Positions 18,676 to 28,087 of a stretch of 64,000 bases of DNA are shown one piece after another. Source of the stretch: a plasmid; the sequence record NZ_CP124633.1. One strand, written 5' to 3'. The notes beneath the pieces were generated by a model. That model did no database searches. It saw nothing but the letters and a program-made list of their open reading frames with translations, and was not told the origin of the DNA. A program made the position numbers and the translations under genes. The number at the start of each line of letters is the position of its first letter. Within the stretch, counting starts at the first letter, position 1.

Positions 18676-18852
18676 TCACTCCTCCTCCTCGGTGAGAGCG
18701 ATACCTATGAGCCAGATTACCATACCCATGACGAAAGCATATGCCGTCAGCAAGCGGTGCTCGCTGAGGAAGATGCCCACCAGGCTCGCCGCAACGGCAG
18801 TGGTACCGATTTTTCGTAGATCGTCTGCGAATGCAGCACGCTTCGATTTCAT
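18676..18852 (-). CDS. small membrane protein (58 aa) ending TEEEE, tentative
   Basis: own translation MKSKRAAFADDLRKIGTTAVAASLVGIFLSEHRLLTAYAFVMGMVIWLIGIALTEEEE; GAGGAA SD. Confidence 0.35.
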   Translation of the reverse strand: MKSKRAAFADDLRKIGTTAVAASLVGIFLSEHRLLTAYAFVMGMVIWLIGIALTEEEE

Positions 18853-18926
18853 GGTTTTCCTCGATGAATGCCGGAAAACCGTCCCCGCGGGAAGGTTTCC
18901 CGGCAGGGGTTGGTGAGAGGTACGGA

Positions 18927-19316
18927 TCAGCAGGTCAGCGGATCAACCGGTGCGATCAGTTGATCGAGGGAGCCCAGCTTGAGCTCCTTCCTGACCGGTG
19001 TTTTGGCCTTGGGTGTCGCCTTGGCCGGTTTGGATTTGCGCGCGCGCTTGGGCTTTTGCACTTCGCGCGTGTTGGCCAGATACCAGTCATTGAGGTTGAC
19101 TTTCTTCAACCGGACGATCGCCGGGACGTCGCTGATGTGTTCCAGCTCTTTGGCGGTCGGGCCAGCAAGCATGGCGGGCTCGATACGCTGGACACTCGAC
19201 GCAACCGGTGCTTGTGCTTGCACTACGACCGGAGGGCGACTGAGCGCTCTGCGGAACTCACGCACAACACTGCCGAGGGCAAAGCCGATTTCGAAGCTGG
19301 TGGATTGCTTGGACAT
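18927..19316 (-). CDS. Lys-rich putative DNA-binding protein (129 aa)
   Basis: GCAGGAGAAAC SD; C-terminal KPKRARKSKPAKATPKAKTPVRK. Confidence 0.45.
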   Translation of the reverse strand: MSKQSTSFEIGFALGSVVREFRRALSRPPVVVQAQAPVASSVQRIEPAMLAGPTAKELEHISDVPAIVRLKKVNLNDWYLANTREVQKPKRARKSKPAKATPKAKTPVRKELKLGSLDQLIAPVDPLTC

Positions 19317-19570
19317 GGTGTTTCTCCTGCAGGTTGAGGGTGCGGAGAAAACACTGGCCCTGGCGGGGAAGTGGATTCCCCGCTGGGTTGCGGAAGGGAG
19401 CTTCTATCGACCGAGGCCGACCGACCGTGCTACCAGAAGCTATACGGTCTTGGGTTGGATCAACACGCTGGGCTGTGCTGCAGCACTTCGGATCCGAGCT
19501 GCATGGGGCATGTCGCTGACAACGTCAGCAGATCACGCGCTCATCATCGAAGCGGGGGGCGAAAGTGTCA
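19317..19570 (-). repeat. ~255-bp leader element, copy B (homologous to 18216..18480)
   Basis: see copy A. Confidence 0.5.
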
Positions 19571-20235
19571 AGGTCAAGCAGGAGGGGGAGCGGATGCAGG
19601 ATGCAGCGGGCGGAGAGCGAGGGCGGAAGAGCGCGGCTGGTAGAAACCCTGTCAAAGGTTTCCCCAGCCGTGTCTGGAAGGGGAGTCAAGTGAGCCACCT
19701 GTGGTTGAATCGTCGATCCCTGGGCATTGATCGTCTCGATCCCATCACCCGGCCATTATCGTGGCTTGGCCAGCAAACAGTAGGCACGCATCCGCGTACA
19801 AAGGGAGCCCTGCGTATCACCGGCGGGCCACCGGCAGGGAGAAGGATCCCGATGGGTAGCCTGATGGTCCTGGAGCAGGAGCATCAGGCTACCCATGGAG
19901 AGGGAAAAGGAGGGGCCGTAACACCAGTACGACCCTTAAATCGAGGAAACACCGAACCTCTTGAGAACCCTATGTGCCTTTAAACTCGCTCGACACGAGT
20001 TGACGGCTGCATGACAAGCAAAAGAACAGGGAGACACAGGGAGAATTCTCAACCAGATCCGCACGCCCCACCCGGTGTTGTAGCGTGCTTACGGTTTGGC
20101 GATGAGGCGAACCTGCATCACCAGGGCGCTACTGATGACCGTCAGTAGCCAGCGGGGTGAAATCAAAGTTGATGGCATTATGTGTTCAGAAGGCCGGTTT
20201 ATCAAGCAGCGCCGGGGTTTACTGGCTTCTGGAGG

Positions 20236-20673
20236 TTATTTGACCGCGACCACCGCGCCCTCGGGGATGGGAGCAGGGAGCGCAATGGCAGTGGCTCCGA
20301 GGCGGCGTGTGACTAACTGGCCGTTGCGCCTGACGCCAACTAGGTCGGATTCCGTACCGGCATCCACGGCTGCCGCCAGCCCTGCCGGCGGCGAGGCGAT
20401 GAAGGCGTAGCTGGTGCCGGCGGCGATGTAGCCCTGAAGCCGCACTGGCTTGCGGAACCAGGCCGGTAGACCAAGAGCGGAGTCCGCCGGCGAACCGCTG
20501 AAACCGGGGTTGGCGTGTGCGTACTCCGCCAGCCTGGCGCGGTAGAGCAGCAAGCTCCTGGCCAGGGTGTCGACCTCGGCCAGTTCGGCGCTCGAGGTCG
20601 CGTGGTCGCTTTGTACACTCAGCCAGGTCCCGGTGAGCAGGGCGAGCAATAGGGCAATCCAGAGCAGCGGCAT
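20236..20673 (-). CDS. pilM: type IVb pilus protein PilM
   Basis: last gene of R64/PAPI-1-type pil cluster; N-terminal TM MPLLWIALLLALLTGTWL. Confidence 0.65.
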   Translation of the reverse strand: MPLLWIALLLALLTGTWLSVQSDHATSSAELAEVDTLARSLLLYRARLAEYAHANPGFSGSPADSALGLPAWFRKPVRLQGYIAAGTSYAFIASPPAGLAAAVDAGTESDLVGVRRNGQLVTRRLGATAIALPAPIPEGAVVAVK

Positions 20674-20690
20674 GATATCTGGACGACTCC

Positions 20691-22070
20691 CTAGTTGAGG
20701 TAGGTTGCCGTCACACGCATGCCGGCGGAGTTACCGAATCCTGCGAGCACAACGGTGCTGTATAGGCAGAACCGGTGTCCGGCTTTAACCATGGCGGAGA
20801 TCGAGGCGTCTTCAACTACGTCAGCGTTTCGCCCAGCGGTGGAGCGCGCTTGACCGACGATCACTCCATCGACTTCCAGGCGCAGAACTCCGGGGCCGGA
20901 GCCATTGATCAGCGCGTCCCTGGAGACCGCTTGGCAGTGGGTGCGGGGTCGGTTATCGGCGGGATACTGTGCCAGCACCACAGGGGTGGCGATATTCACG
21001 CCACTGGGCCGTTTCCACAGCCCATCGGTGCAGAATAGGGGGCCGCTGTTGTCTCTGCCTACCAGGCCATTGGGGGAGCATCCTGCATTTTCTGCCGCCA
21101 AACCATTGATCTGAAGGTACTCGCCGACGGTCGTTCTGCCTTCGGAGGTGAGCTTTCCTCCTCTGAGCTCACCGCCGGTATAGACGCTCTTGTTCATCCA
21201 CGACCTGACCCAGGCGCTGTCGCTCATGTACCAGCCACCGTCCCATTTCTCGTTGTACCAGCCCGAGTTGCCGCGGGTCCTGAACCAGCCTCCGGTGTAC
21301 GTCTCGCCGGCGACGTCAGCAGTGCCGGCTTTCACCGTGCCAGTGGCTGTCACGTTGCGCGCGCTGATGTCCGCGCTGGTCGTGATGTTTCCGCTGGCGG
21401 TGATCGCTCCGGCTGCTGCGATATTGTTGCCGCCCATATTCAATGCCGTGTTCATCCGGTTGAGCTCGGGATGACCCGGGACGGCATTGCGGTAGAGGTA
21501 CTCGTTGGCGATGGCACCGTCCTGGAAGAACAGCGCCGTCGCCAGGTGTCCAGCACCGGGAGCGCTACCGAAATTGCTTAACGCCACCTGCCAGGCGGCG
21601 CCCTGAGCAATGCCGGTATTGGTTTTCGAGATGTAGCCACCCTGGGCGCCCATGAGCTGGGCGATCCGCCGGATCGACATCTCCGGGGCCGCTTGCCCAC
21701 CCGTGGTGACGATCAGCGTTTCGAGTTGGTTCGCGGCGGGCTTGCGAGCCCGCACCTGGTACTGCTGGCCGAAGATGTTGGTGTCGCTGAAGCCTGCGGG
21801 CAGGTAGCGGGTGTTGCGCAGCATCGGGACGGTGATCACCGCCGGGGCCGTGGCGCCGGCGCTGGCCAGAACCGTGCTGAAGTTGTCCTTCAGGTACTTC
21901 TCCGCTGCCTTGGCCACCTGCTGTTGCTGCTGGGCCGCGTGCTGTTCATTCAGGCCGTCTAGATAGCTCATCAAGACTGAAATCCCGCCGGTAGTCGCGA
22001 TGGCGATGATGATCAGGGCGATCATTAATTCAATCGAGATAAAGCCGCGGTTGATCTTGGTGTTATTCAT
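20691..22070 (-). CDS. pilV: type IVb minor pilin / adhesin PilV
   Basis: prepilin leader MNNTKINRG/FISIELMIAL, Gly/Thr-rich; no shufflon repeats seen. Confidence 0.75.
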   Translation of the reverse strand: MNNTKINRGFISIELMIALIIIAIATTGGISVLMSYLDGLNEQHAAQQQQQVAKAAEKYLKDNFSTVLASAGATAPAVITVPMLRNTRYLPAGFSDTNIFGQQYQVRARKPAANQLETLIVTTGGQAAPEMSIRRIAQLMGAQGGYISKTNTGIAQGAAWQVALSNFGSAPGAGHLATALFFQDGAIANEYLYRNAVPGHPELNRMNTALNMGGNNIAAAGAITASGNITTSADISARNVTATGTVKAGTADVAGETYTGGWFRTRGNSGWYNEKWDGGWYMSDSAWVRSWMNKSVYTGGELRGGKLTSEGRTTVGEYLQINGLAAENAGCSPNGLVGRDNSGPLFCTDGLWKRPSGVNIATPVVLAQYPADNRPRTHCQAVSRDALINGSGPGVLRLEVDGVIVGQARSTAGRNADVVEDASISAMVKAGHRFCLYSTVVLAGFGNSAGMRVTATYLN

Positions 22071-23019
22071 AGGTTGGCTCCCACAGGCTTCTGCGAGCCT
22101 GGCGATTCACGTCGTCCTCAAGCAGGTGAATCTGCTGCCGGCGAATCTTGTCGCGCATGGCGACGGAGTCCATCCCGGTGAATAGCAACGGTTCCGCATG
22201 CAGTCGTCGAGCTGCGCCATCGCTTACCAGTTCCTGGCAGATCACGCCCTGAATGCCTTCAGCCACAACATCGTAGGCATTGGACGCGAGGGGTTTGGCC
22301 AGGGTGATAAGCCGTTCGATGGCTTGCGGGCAGTTCTTGGCGTGGATGGTCGATATGACTAGGTTGCCGTTCAGCGAAGCTTTGCAAGCCTGATAGGCGG
22401 TGTCTTCGTCGCGGATCTCGCCAATCAGCACCAGGTCGGCTCCGGTACGCAGCGTGCGCAACAGGGCTTCGCTGTAGCCTCCCGAGCGTCGCGAGGTCCT
22501 GACCTGGATACAGCGGCCTAGGCCATGCTGGCCGCTGAGATTGGTTTCCTGCGGATCTTCGACGGTGAAGCCCACCCCGCCCAGGGTTTGCAGTCGGGCG
22601 AGGATCAGAGAGGCGGCAGAGGAGGTTTTTCCGGTCGCCATATCGCCACAGAACAGAATCAACCCCTGCAACTGCGGAGCCATCAGGGCGGAGACCACTT
22701 CGCTCGGATAGCCGATGTCTTCGAAGCTTCTGACTTGGGCCGTCGATCGGCGCAGCACGAAGACACTCCCGCCGTTGAAAGCATCTTCCAGTTGGGTAAC
22801 GCGCAGTAGCACGCCGTCGACGACGATGGCGAACTCAGGATCCTGCAGCTCCTCCAGCGTTTGCCTGCAGATCTGGAGCAGTTCCTGGGCGTGCGGCTCC
22901 CACTCGCGAGGCACTTCGACTCGGCGCGCGCCGGCGCCGGCCAGGCCTTTCACGTCGGCGAAGCCTTCACCGAGGTAGAGGTCGACGAACTGGGCCTGGA
23001 TGATCGGGTTCACACTCAC
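22063..23019 (-). CDS. pilT: PilT-like ATPase
   Basis: Walker A GDMATGKT, PilT/VirB11-like layout. Confidence 0.7.
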   Translation of the reverse strand: MSVNPIIQAQFVDLYLGEGFADVKGLAGAGARRVEVPREWEPHAQELLQICRQTLEELQDPEFAIVVDGVLLRVTQLEDAFNGGSVFVLRRSTAQVRSFEDIGYPSEVVSALMAPQLQGLILFCGDMATGKTSSAASLILARLQTLGGVGFTVEDPQETNLSGQHGLGRCIQVRTSRRSGGYSEALLRTLRTGADLVLIGEIRDEDTAYQACKASLNGNLVISTIHAKNCPQAIERLITLAKPLASNAYDVVAEGIQGVICQELVSDGAARRLHAEPLLFTGMDSVAMRDKIRRQQIHLLEDDVNRQARRSLWEPTYE

Positions 23020-23546
23020 GAACTATAGGTCCAGGTGATGCTGTTGCTGTCGCTGCTGCAGGCCTGGGTCGCGGCTGCGGTGGTCACTTCTCCGGTGATC
23101 GCGGATCCGCTGTTGATCTTGGTCTGCTCGAAGGTGTTCTTCGCGATCTTGGTACTTAGGGTGATGCAGGCGTCCTTGGGCAGCTTGCTGGTGGTGATCG
23201 AGAAGCCCATGCCGGTGGACGAGACAGTGACCGATCCGCCGTAGACGTTGTAGACGACGCCGGAGGAGACACTCATGTTCTTCGGCACGCCGTTGATTGC
23301 GATCAGGCTCGGGATCAGGTTGGTACCGCTGGAGCCGTAGCCCGAAGAGGTCTTCAGGGCGCGTGCGTTGGCCGCAATGACGCTGATGTTGCGCTGTTCC
23401 TCGTTGGCGTTGGACGAACTGAACATCCCTGCCGCTGCGGCCAGCCCCAGGCCGACTCCGATGGCGATGATGATCAGCACGATGATCATCTCGATGGAAA
23501 CGAAACCGCCCTGCGTCGGACGGGAAGTGCGTTGCGTAGTGCTCAT
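23016..23546 (-). CDS. pilS: type IVb major prepilin PilS
   Basis: leader MSTTQRTSRPTQGG/FVSIEMIIVLIIIAI with Glu+5. Confidence 0.8.
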   Translation of the reverse strand: MSTTQRTSRPTQGGFVSIEMIIVLIIIAIGVGLGLAAAAGMFSSSNANEEQRNISVIAANARALKTSSGYGSSGTNLIPSLIAINGVPKNMSVSSGVVYNVYGGSVTVSSTGMGFSITTSKLPKDACITLSTKIAKNTFEQTKINSGSAITGEVTTAAATQACSSDSNSITWTYSS

Positions 23547-23567
23547 GGAGCGCTCCTTGGTGAGGTT

Positions 23568-24653
23568 TCAGTGGTTCATGGATTGGATGAGCTGCTGTGC
23601 CTGGTAGGCGCCGAGCAGGACCAGGATCATCAGCGCGCCGATGAAGATCAGGGCGAAGTTCTTCACCAGCCCGGCGGCCAGCTCGATCTGCTTGAGGCTG
23701 GTCTCCTGCCAGCGGCGGCTGAACTTGACCAGCGCTTCGGAGAAGCCTCCCCGGTTGGCGAGGATGCACAGGTACTGGATGGCCTGTCGGTCGGGGAAAT
23801 CGTGACCGGCGCTGCGAAGGGCGACTCCCAGGTTATGGCCCAGGCCCACGCCGTAGCGGGCAGCTTCCAAGCGCTGCTTCAGCCAGGGCGGGGAGATCTT
23901 GATCATGCTGGCCAGGCTGTCGTAAGGGCGTATGCCGGCGTTGAGCATGACCGCCATGTTCAGCAGGAAGGTGGTGCCTTGGAGCATGCGGTAGATGGAC
24001 CAGGGCGGCAGCGTCCGGTCCAGCCAGACCCGGCCTTTCCAGCGGTAGGTCGGCAAGGTGACGATGACCACCACCGTGAGAGTGATGACGGCGACCAGAA
24101 CGTAGATACCAGGTCCTGTGACGAAGCTGGCAATGGCGTTGAGCGTGGCGAGTGGGCCGGTCCAGGTGACTGGGTCGGAAAGCCTGGCCAGGCTGGGGAC
24201 CATGCGATAGGCCACGATGCACAGCAGGAACACCATCATGGCGGACAGCGCCGAGGGGTAGAGCAGCGCCTGCCAGATGGTGGCGCGGATCCTGGCCTGG
24301 GCCTCGACCAGGGAGACGGCATCGCCCATGGCCTGAACCAGGTTGCCGCTCATCTCGCCGGCTTCGATCAGCGCTCGCTCCTGGGCGGGCAGATAGAGCG
24401 CCATGGCGGTGGCCAGACGCTTGCCGTTGGACAGCCCCATCAGCGCTTCGCGACTGGCGATGGCCACCGGATGAAACGGATGCTGTCCCTCATGAGCGAA
24501 GATCTTGTGTACCTCTGCCACAGCGTCCTTCAGCGGGACCCCGTTTTCGAGCAGGGTGGACATGCTTTCGTAGAACTGCAGGCGTTCCTTGCGACCGAAC
24601 TGCTTGCTGTAGAAGGCGAACTGCAACTGCTCCCAGAAGCCCCCCATCAGCAC
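23568..24653 (-). CDS. pilR: pilus inner-membrane platform protein PilR (GspF family)
   Basis: 361 aa, three TM blocks. Confidence 0.8.
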   Translation of the reverse strand: MLMGGFWEQLQFAFYSKQFGRKERLQFYESMSTLLENGVPLKDAVAEVHKIFAHEGQHPFHPVAIASREALMGLSNGKRLATAMALYLPAQERALIEAGEMSGNLVQAMGDAVSLVEAQARIRATIWQALLYPSALSAMMVFLLCIVAYRMVPSLARLSDPVTWTGPLATLNAIASFVTGPGIYVLVAVITLTVVVIVTLPTYRWKGRVWLDRTLPPWSIYRMLQGTTFLLNMAVMLNAGIRPYDSLASMIKISPPWLKQRLEAARYGVGLGHNLGVALRSAGHDFPDRQAIQYLCILANRGGFSEALVKFSRRWQETSLKQIELAAGLVKNFALIFIGALMILVLLGAYQAQQLIQSMNH

Positions 24654-26227
24654 GCCTCCTGCGAGTAGAAGCTATCGTCGAGCAGATGCTCATCGAAGTC
24701 GAGTGGCCCAATGAAATCCTCGACCATCTGCGGGTCGAACATGCCCTCGTTGATGCGGCGGATGGCGTGGGCGTGCTTGGTGATGCCCTGCATGGTCTTG
24801 ACCCAGTAGTTGCGTGCCTCGGCTGGGCCGCCTTTGGCGAACACACGCATGAAGGCCAGGGTGGGCATCACCACCTCGGCGACGATCGAGCGGCCGTTGA
24901 CCCCGGAGCCACGGCAGGCCTGGCAGCCAGGCCCCTTGACGTACACCTGGGAAACATCGGTCAAGCGCTGGACCCGTTCGACCAGATCGGGCGCGAGCTG
25001 GTCTTGGTGGTCTTGGAAGCGCACTTTGCAGTGGGGGCAGAGCTTGGGCAGCAGGCTCTGGTTGATCAGACCGGTCAGCAGGGCCGGATCGAACAGCAAG
25101 CCGGGGTCGACGCCCAGGTCCTTGAGGCGCTGGACAATGCCGATCGCGCTATTGGTGTGCAGGGTCGACCACAGGCCGTGCCCGGTCATCGCGCCACGGA
25201 AGGCGGCGACAGCGGCGAAGAGGTCGCGCACTTCGCCGATCATCATGTAGTCCGGATCCAGGCGCATGCCGTTGGCGATGCCTGCGGCCCAGGCCTGGCG
25301 TTCTGCGTCTGGGTCAGTGGCGTCATAGACCAGTGGGGTCTGGTTGATGCCTTCGCCGCGAATGCGGTATTCCGGTGGATCCTCGATGGTCAGGATATGC
25401 TTGGATCCGCCATGCAGCTTATCGAGTCCTTCCATGGTGACCTTCAAGGTCATCGACTTCCCTGACCCGGTGGGGCCGGACAGGATGTTGATGCCGTAAG
25501 GCATGCGCATCATGCGATCGAACAGCGCGTTCTGCTCGGGCAGGTAGCCGAGCTGCTCCAGGCTGTCGAGGCCGGTATCGTCGTAGAGCAGCCGCAGGAT
25601 CATCAGGAACCCACCGGCGCGCGGGCGGGTCGCGATCCGGGCGCCGAACAGGTTCAGCTTCTCGACGAAGGCCTGGCTCATCCGCGCGTCCTGGTCCAAT
25701 TGCGGCTTGAAAAGCGGCTCGGCCACGTCGCACATGGACTGGTAGATGGTTGCGCAAAGTTCGTGCAGTTCCTGGCTGCGGTACTGCTCGACGGTCTTCA
25801 GCAGGCCGTCGACGCGGAAACGGATCTTGCTGCCGGTGCCGGCGGGACTCACGACGAAATGCACGTCACTGGCGCGCAGCTCTGTGGCCTTACGAATGAT
25901 CTTGACCACGCGCTCCTGCATCTGGGTGGCGCGCTGGCCATCGCTATCGACCAGGCCGTCCATGGCGACGGCGCGGTAGAGCTGGTGAATGGTCTGCAGG
26001 TCGGTGAGGTTGAGCTGGTATCGGAAGCCACGGCGATCGAGACGGTCGATGAACGACAGAACGTGAATGTCGTTCTGGTGGCTCTCCGATAGATAGAGCG
26101 TGCCGTCGGCGGCCAGGGCCATGATCTCTTGCAGGTGTTTCGAGACCTCCCACTCGCCACCGTCGGCGGTGAGCAGTTGGGTCACCATGGAGGGCTGTGC
26201 AAGCGCGGCAATTTGAAGGTTCGTCAT
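24647..26227 (-). CDS. pilQ: pilus assembly ATPase PilQ (GspE family)
   Basis: Walker A LSGPTGSGKS, CxxC tetracysteine. Confidence 0.85.
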   Translation of the reverse strand: MTNLQIAALAQPSMVTQLLTADGGEWEVSKHLQEIMALAADGTLYLSESHQNDIHVLSFIDRLDRRGFRYQLNLTDLQTIHQLYRAVAMDGLVDSDGQRATQMQERVVKIIRKATELRASDVHFVVSPAGTGSKIRFRVDGLLKTVEQYRSQELHELCATIYQSMCDVAEPLFKPQLDQDARMSQAFVEKLNLFGARIATRPRAGGFLMILRLLYDDTGLDSLEQLGYLPEQNALFDRMMRMPYGINILSGPTGSGKSMTLKVTMEGLDKLHGGSKHILTIEDPPEYRIRGEGINQTPLVYDATDPDAERQAWAAGIANGMRLDPDYMMIGEVRDLFAAVAAFRGAMTGHGLWSTLHTNSAIGIVQRLKDLGVDPGLLFDPALLTGLINQSLLPKLCPHCKVRFQDHQDQLAPDLVERVQRLTDVSQVYVKGPGCQACRGSGVNGRSIVAEVVMPTLAFMRVFAKGGPAEARNYWVKTMQGITKHAHAIRRINEGMFDPQMVEDFIGPLDFDEHLLDDSFYSQEAC

Positions 26228-26235
26228 GGCGGTAC

Positions 26236-26769
26236 CTACTGGATGAACGGCTGCGGTACCGCCCCGGGCAGCGCCGGCGGAACGGAGGCGCCTTGGGCCG
26301 AGGAGGCGGCTTGGGTGGGGGCAACGCTGGAGAAGCCCACGGGCACGCGGTTGCCGTCCTTGTCGGTGAGTACGACCTGGTCCAGGGAGATCGACTCGAC
26401 GCGGTAGTTGCCCGGCAGCTCCGCGCCGCTGGCGGCGTCCACCTCGTACCCGCCCGGGAACAAGAATGTGGCAGTCATCTTGCCGCCGGCGCCGTAGATG
26501 GTCCGCACCACCGGCGGAACCGGCTGCGTGATCGTCGGCGGCGCCGGCGGCACCGGCATGGCGAACGTCTGCCCCTGGGCGCTGACGACCTGGCCGGTTT
26601 CGCCTTTGCCCTCCAGTTGCCGTTGCGCCGTGGCCAGACGCACCTTGGCCTCGGTGAGGATGGCCTGGGCCTGGATCTCCGCCAGTTCGCCAACGGTGCC
26701 GGCGCAGGCCTGGCCGGACGCGAGGAGGAAGAGCACGGCCACGGCCATGCCGATCGGCTCAGTTCGCAT
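26236..26769 (-). CDS. pilP: pilus biogenesis protein PilP
   Basis: signal peptide, cluster position. Confidence 0.65.
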   Translation of the reverse strand: MRTEPIGMAVAVLFLLASGQACAGTVGELAEIQAQAILTEAKVRLATAQRQLEGKGETGQVVSAQGQTFAMPVPPAPPTITQPVPPVVRTIYGAGGKMTATFLFPGGYEVDAASGAELPGNYRVESISLDQVVLTDKDGNRVPVGFSSVAPTQAASSAQGASVPPALPGAVPQPFIQ

Positions 26770-28084
26770 AGATTTCTCCTGTGACAGTCCAGTCCAACTG
26801 GCTGTCCTTGAGCGTGGTTTCGAGGTTGGTGATGCGGACCCCGGCGGCGGGCAGCCCCTGGAAGGTCAGGTCTGCCGGGAGCCTGGTCTGGGCGCTGAAG
26901 GTGAATTTCTTCCAGGAGGGCAACACCAGTTGCTGCTCCGTCGCCGCTTCCGCGCCAGGAAGGGGAGGGGTTGTCTCCTGGCTGATCGACAGCTTGGGCT
27001 CGACACCCTGACGGTAGAGATGGCTGGTCAGCGCCTGCAGCGTGTCGTCGGCTGGCTGCAGCGGCTCATCGCTACCGATGGCGACTTTCAGGTCAACCTT
27101 CAGGGCCGCGGTGTTGCCGTTGTCGATGACGAAGGCGGGGCGGCCGGTGAACAGGTGCTGGCTGGCCGCTGTCAGGTCGGCTGCCGTGCTGTTGCCGGTA
27201 CGGTGGTAGGTGGCGACCAGGACCCTGCCGTCGCACTTGCTGGATTCGAAGAGCCAGCCCTGGATCGACAGCGACAGTACCCCCGTTGCCTTGCTACAGG
27301 CGCGTAGCATGTCCTCGAGGTCAGGCATGAGCGTCCAAGGCTTCTGCAATGACGCCAGGTCCAGCGGCTGCTTGGCCTGGGCGTTCTTCTCGGCCAGCTC
27401 GGCGAGGCGCCTCTGCTCCTCGAGGAGCGCGGCTTGTCTGGCGAGCTCTTGCTGGTGGGCATTCCATAGGTAGTAGGCGGTTAGCGACCCGCCTACCAAG
27501 CAACCGAGCAGGGCCACTGCCGTCCACTCCCTGGCGGACAAGCCGAAGGTGAGTTGCCGGAGGCGGTAGTCGCGCCGCAGGCGCTTCGGCGCGAGCAGCT
27601 CCTCGATGTCGAAGTCCTTGACGGGGAAATCGAACCCTTCGGGAACGAAGACCTGTGCGTTTCGCAGCACGCCGCGCGTAGAGAGCTTCCTGACCCGGTC
27701 CCGGGCCTCGTCGAGGGTGGTGACCACATCCTGCCCGGGGACAATTGCGCCATCGAGCGTGGCGACCAGCGCGTAGCGGTCCTCGTCGATTTTCCAGCAG
27801 GCCAGGAAGTCGCCGTCGAACTGGCCTGAAAGCGCCGAGGCCAGGGAGTACATGCCCTTGACTGCGCCTTGCGACTTCGAAACGAAGCCGGCCTGAATCA
27901 CCGTCGGCGAATGGCGGATGGCAACGATGTCCAGATGCTCTTCCTTGCCCAGCTTGCGCGCTTCCTTCATGTACTGCCGCTGGCTGGACAGCGGCCGCCA
28001 GAACAGGCCGCTGACGAACTTGTTGCCGTGGTAGCTCAGGATCGAGACGTCTGGTCCACGGCTGCCGAGGTCAGGCTTCTCCAT
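26759..28084 (-). CDS. pilO: pilus biogenesis protein PilO
   Basis: 441 aa, central TM, cluster position. Confidence 0.7.
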   Translation of the reverse strand: MEKPDLGSRGPDVSILSYHGNKFVSGLFWRPLSSQRQYMKEARKLGKEEHLDIVAIRHSPTVIQAGFVSKSQGAVKGMYSLASALSGQFDGDFLACWKIDEDRYALVATLDGAIVPGQDVVTTLDEARDRVRKLSTRGVLRNAQVFVPEGFDFPVKDFDIEELLAPKRLRRDYRLRQLTFGLSAREWTAVALLGCLVGGSLTAYYLWNAHQQELARQAALLEEQRRLAELAEKNAQAKQPLDLASLQKPWTLMPDLEDMLRACSKATGVLSLSIQGWLFESSKCDGRVLVATYHRTGNSTAADLTAASQHLFTGRPAFVIDNGNTAALKVDLKVAIGSDEPLQPADDTLQALTSHLYRQGVEPKLSISQETTPPLPGAEAATEQQLVLPSWKKFTFSAQTRLPADLTFQGLPAAGVRITNLETTLKDSQLDWTVTGEIYAN

Positions 28085-28087
28085 GGT

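Noticed and set aside
18979-19983. 334-aa plus-strand ORF
   Set aside because: Runs antisense through gene 18927..19316 and then across non-coding repeat DNA. No SD, low complexity.
20691-20900. Shufflon at the pilV 3' end
   Set aside because: No clustered 19-bp inverted repeats or rci-type recombinase gene were seen by eye. A repeat search would be needed to exclude them fully.
23023-23769. Alternative-frame minus-strand ORFs over pilS/pilR, and similar ones at 28071..28715 and 28989..29549 over pilN
   Set aside because: They overlap well-supported pil genes in other frames and are Arg/His-rich. These are shadow frames.
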